Shown piece by piece: positions 60,193-64,000 of a DNA stretch of 64,000 nt. Numbering within the stretch: the stretch's first letter is position 1; every line of letters starts with the position of its first letter. The DNA is taken from assembly GCA_032718475.1 (NCBI GenBank), contig JAUCBJ010008647.1, positions 1 through 64,000 of the forward strand, read 5' to 3'. The notes below the pieces were generated by a model. The model was given only the letters and a program-made list of their open reading frames with translations, had not been told where the DNA came from and did not search any database. The translations under genes were made by a program, and so were the position numbers. This stretch comes from Nemertoderma westbladi (taxonomy: Eukaryota; Animalia; Xenacoelomorpha).

Positions 60193-63100
60193 CTAGTGGG
60201 CCGTTGGGCAGTCCATTCCTACTATGATGGATACCTTTCTAACGTCCACCTCTGGGATTGAGAAGTCGATACTGTCCAGGAATCTGTATTGTTCGACCTC
60301 GATGTTGGTTGGCCGTCTGGCGTTAATATTTATCGACTCTATCACCTGGATGGGGTCTATGGTCGCCCCATAATCGCATCCCGGTGCTACCGCTGCTATC
60401 ATGCACTGTCCGGTTCTCATCTCCAGAACCTCATCTTTGCTGGAGATGGTTGTTACCGCCATTCTACTTGGCCTCGTTCTCAATCCCGTCCGGTTCTCAT
60501 CTCCAGAACCTCATCTTTGCTGGAGATGGTTGTTACCGCCATTCTACTTGGCCTCGTTCTCAATCCTATCTCTTCGGCCACCCAATCCTCAACTAAGGTG
60601 AAGGCTGCACCACTGTCGACCAGCATGAGTGTGGTTACTGATCGGTTGCCTTCGCCGATTATCCTTACTGGTACTACCCCTAATAGTACCGTCCCTCTCT
60701 TCTTTGCTACTTCGGTGCTTGTTGCCATTGTTTGTCCTTTACTCTGACCGAACTTAGTTGGCGTTTCTCTGCATTGTCTAGCTCTGTGTCCACTCATCAC
60801 GCATCGCAAGCAGATGTCATTTCTCGCCGCGTATTCTACCTGATCTTCCCTGGGTAGCGCCTGCCAGTACCTGCAGTTCATGGTCTGATGAAGCGCATTT
60901 GAATGTAGCTGACATTTGCTCTTTGGATCGTAGCCATCCTTATACAGTGCATTGCGTATCGCAGATGCATTTGTACCAAAGTCCTTACTGTTCTTATTGT
61001 TTAAATTCTGCCTACTGGGCGTACTGGGGGTATGTTTATTTGTGTTGTTATTTTTCCCCTGTCCGCTCCATGATGTGGACTTACCCTCGGCTACCTGTGG
61101 ACTTGCAGTCCTCTGCGTCGCTGCGTATGGCAGTGATTGCCTGAGCTTTGGTAATGCGTTTGACGTGTTATGTTCTGGTTTCGGCCTGTGGTAATCGGTC
61201 TTTGATCCCTTTCCCAGGCTATCCTCGCTGTATACTGGGTCCGTTATAAGTTCAGCTTCATAGTTTAAGAAGCTTGACATCTCTTCTAAACCCGGTTCCG
61301 CACCCTTCCTATCTCGAGTGGAGAAAGCGATTTTCCTCCACTTATTGCGCAGCCACATCGGAAGTGCCTGGGCTATCGTTATGATGTTGTTGGACGCGTA
61401 TGGCGCATCCAATGTCTTTAGCACGATTAGCGCCTTCTCGACTTTGTTAGCGAATGTCTTTATGCTAACGGGGTTATCCTGTAGGCCACCCGATGTTATA
61501 CCTCTCAGGGTCTGCCGGATGATCTTGGCCGTGTGCTCGTATTCCCTGTCTAACGCCCGCCATGCCGTCGTGAAGCCACCCTCGATACCCTGGTATTGCC
61601 TCACGATGTTGTATGCTGGGCCCCCTGTATATACTTGCAAATACTTTAGGCACTCCGCCTGCGTCAAATTCTTTGTTAATATTTTGTTACTATACATGCG
61701 CCGAAACTGTAGGTATTCTTCCGGTCTACTCCCATCGAATTTGAATGGTTCCACGGGTGGTAACTCGATCCTTGTTTTTAGTGCATCGATTAATGTGGCC
61801 ATCCCCACCGCTTGCGCTTCCAATGGGTTCGATGGGTGCTGCATAGGTTCTCCCGTTGGGTGCGGTCCGTTCGTCCTGTTTGCCGCTTTCCTCTGACTTG
61901 GATATATCATAGGGGGTAGCGGCCCCCTCCATATTTCTGTGTCACATGATCTATTCTCGTCCAAGGGGTTCGATGTTCTTACTCCTACTGGGGTATATTG
62001 TTGATATTGTGATGGGGGAATGTCACCCTGCCCCCCCCCCCCCCCCCCACTGGTATATTTGGTACTGGGGTTGATGTTAATATATTGGAGCCCATGCATC
62101 TATCCGCAATAATCCCCCCTTCCCCTGGGTATATGTTATGTCCTTGCATGCTGTAGCCATACTGCTGTGCTGGTACCGGTATAGGCCTATCTACTTCTGG
62201 TCTCCTTGCCGGTATATACTCCGCGACTTCCGGGTTTAATCCCGCTGTTCGCGCTATCCTATCGCCTATATTATCTCTCTCAGCATAGCCTATGGTATGT
62301 GCAGTAAGGCCTACAGTATGTCCTGCAGTCTGTATGTGTCGCTCGGGATCGAAGTTTATCCTTCTCGAATAATCCTCCCCGCGCCCACCGCATTCTCGAT
62401 CGGTAGGTATATCCCGTCGGGAAGCTTCTCTTCGACCCCCTCTACTGCTCTCGCTCTCGTGCCGGTACATCCCGTACCCCTCTCTCTGTGCGCAATACGC
62501 CTCGTCAGGTCGCACTCCTCCGGGGCGACGGCAATCTCCCGAAGTTCGACCCTGCTGACTCTCCGTCTCCACCTCTACCACCGACGGCTCGCTATCCGTC
62601 CTCGCTCTCCTGTCGTTCGTGGCGACACTTCTTCCACTCTCTTCCCTTCTTCTCTCTGTAGTGCAGTATTCCCGCTCGTGAGATCTCTCGTCGACCTCCC
62701 GGTTAAACTCCACTGTTCTTCTTCCCTCTTCTGATCAGGCTCGACGCTTCGTCCGCCCTCTCGCGACGTCAACCTGTCTCTCTCTGCTCGATTGCATGCC
62801 GCTGGGGATACTCGCAATCCCCCTATCACTCTCCGTCGCCGGGTGTTGCGGTTTACCTGTCTCAGCCCGCGCATTATCCGTCGACGTCTGTGGGGCACTC
62901 TCTGCCCCCCACTTTTCGCCGCTAACTCGCTGTTGTGGGGCTCCTGTAGCCCCCCCCCCCCCCACTCGCCACATCTAACTTCACTATCTCTCACCCCGCT
63001 ACTATATCCCTCTCTAGCCGACACATCAACCCTACTGCGGCTGGGTCCATTCACCCCCGCCTCTCCCTCTGCTATTGTGTGGCCTACCAGGCCCTCTACT

Positions 63101-64000
63101 TTCTGCCTACTAATTACGTGGCCTACCAGGCCCTCTCCGGGTTGGCTCAACCCCGCCACTTCCAGCCCACTAACTAAGTGGCCTACCAGGCCCTCGTCTG
63201 CCGGGTTATACACGTCCAACACATTCACGTTAATAGCACCACTAATATTGTCATTGGTTAGATCAATTAAATCCTCTAACTCGATTAAGTTACCTTGTGC
63301 GCCCAAATTAGAAACGGAATTATTTTGCTCGTTCGAAATAAGATTATTTGAATTATTTTGTAAATTCAGACTTATATTTAAATTATTTGAATTATTTTGT
63401 AAATTCGGACTTAGATTATTTATTTTCTTTTGATTATTTTCTACATTAATATTAGAATCACTAGGATTTAAATTACTACTGTCGGGCAAAATATTATTTC
63501 CTGCAATGAAAGTTTGATTAGAATTATCTAGTACAGTACTATTAATATTAACGTTGTCTACTGTATCATTATTATTACCCCCCCCCCCCACCCGTACAGT
63601 TACACCAGTCTCGGGTCTGTCGTGCGGTCCCTGTAAGTGGGGTATTAATAAATGTTTCTTCGACCCTCGGCTAAGCACTCGAGCCAGCGTCACTCTCTGA
63701 CAGCCCCATCTGGGCCATTTTTAGTCTGCGCTTCTGTCTGGTTTGGTACTGAATGAGCCCCCCTAGGCGGGCATGTAAACCATCCCGCACACGCTTCCCC
63801 TCTGCTGCTCTTTCCCGACTCTCCCGCGTGCTCTGCTCGGCCAAATCCCTCGCTCTCTCAACTCTCTCCATTCGTTTCGCCTCCCTTGCCACCTCACGCT
63901 CTTTAAGTTCTGCCTCGCGCTCTTTTCGTTCAGCCTCGCGCTCTTTGCGTTCACACTCCTCTCTCGCCTCACGCTCTTCTCGTTCCTTCCTCCCTATTTC
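60193..64000 (-). pseudogene. gag: Gag-protease of the family A element, broken by frameshifts
   Basis: Successive ORFs switch frame at or near G-homopolymers; FKFDGSRPEEYLQF, CLRCVMSGHRARQC, MLVDSGAAFT. Confidence 0.88.

Larger units (their letters stand above)
52039..64000 (-). mobile_element. Family A BEL/Pao element, near full length, continues beyond the window; gag-pol plus an extra 3' ORF
   Basis: 3' LTR 52039-52630, PPT 52631-52639, pol 56626-60189, gag fragments to the window end. Confidence 0.95.

Noticed and set aside
56753-61896. Numerous plus-strand ORFs opposite gag-pol
   Set aside because: Antisense shadows of long coding frames with no motifs.
62031-63589. Programmed frameshifting at G-runs in gag
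   Set aside because: Sister copies read through the equivalent runs in frame; homopolymer slippage or sequencing error is more likely.

Overview
Eukaryotic (probably invertebrate animal) genomic DNA that is almost all repeats. One host exon is recognisable on the minus strand (8954-9283). It encodes the M2-M3 region of a nicotinic acetylcholine receptor-like Cys-loop channel. The intron upstream of it runs past the window end (>54 kb) and holds about 24 kb of a 42-bp satellite whose unit is this exon's own splice acceptor plus its first ten codons. Nested in the satellite are four members of one BEL/Pao LTR family (LTRs at 9518, 36514, 46564/51297 and 52039), a second BEL/Pao family element (about 10.4-19.1 kb) and a 5'-truncated RTE-like LINE. 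A gag-only BEL-like element lies at the left end. Main candidates for a new system: (1) the recurring BEL family has no tRNA-type PBS, its PBS position is complementary to a motif in its own LTR, and one copy carries the junction expected from self-primed reverse transcription; (2) the near-complete copy carries an extra ORF with a DEDDy-like 3'-5' exonuclease and three zinc knuckles; (3) the splice-acceptor satellite itself. All family assignments come from motif recognition by eye; no database searches were run.
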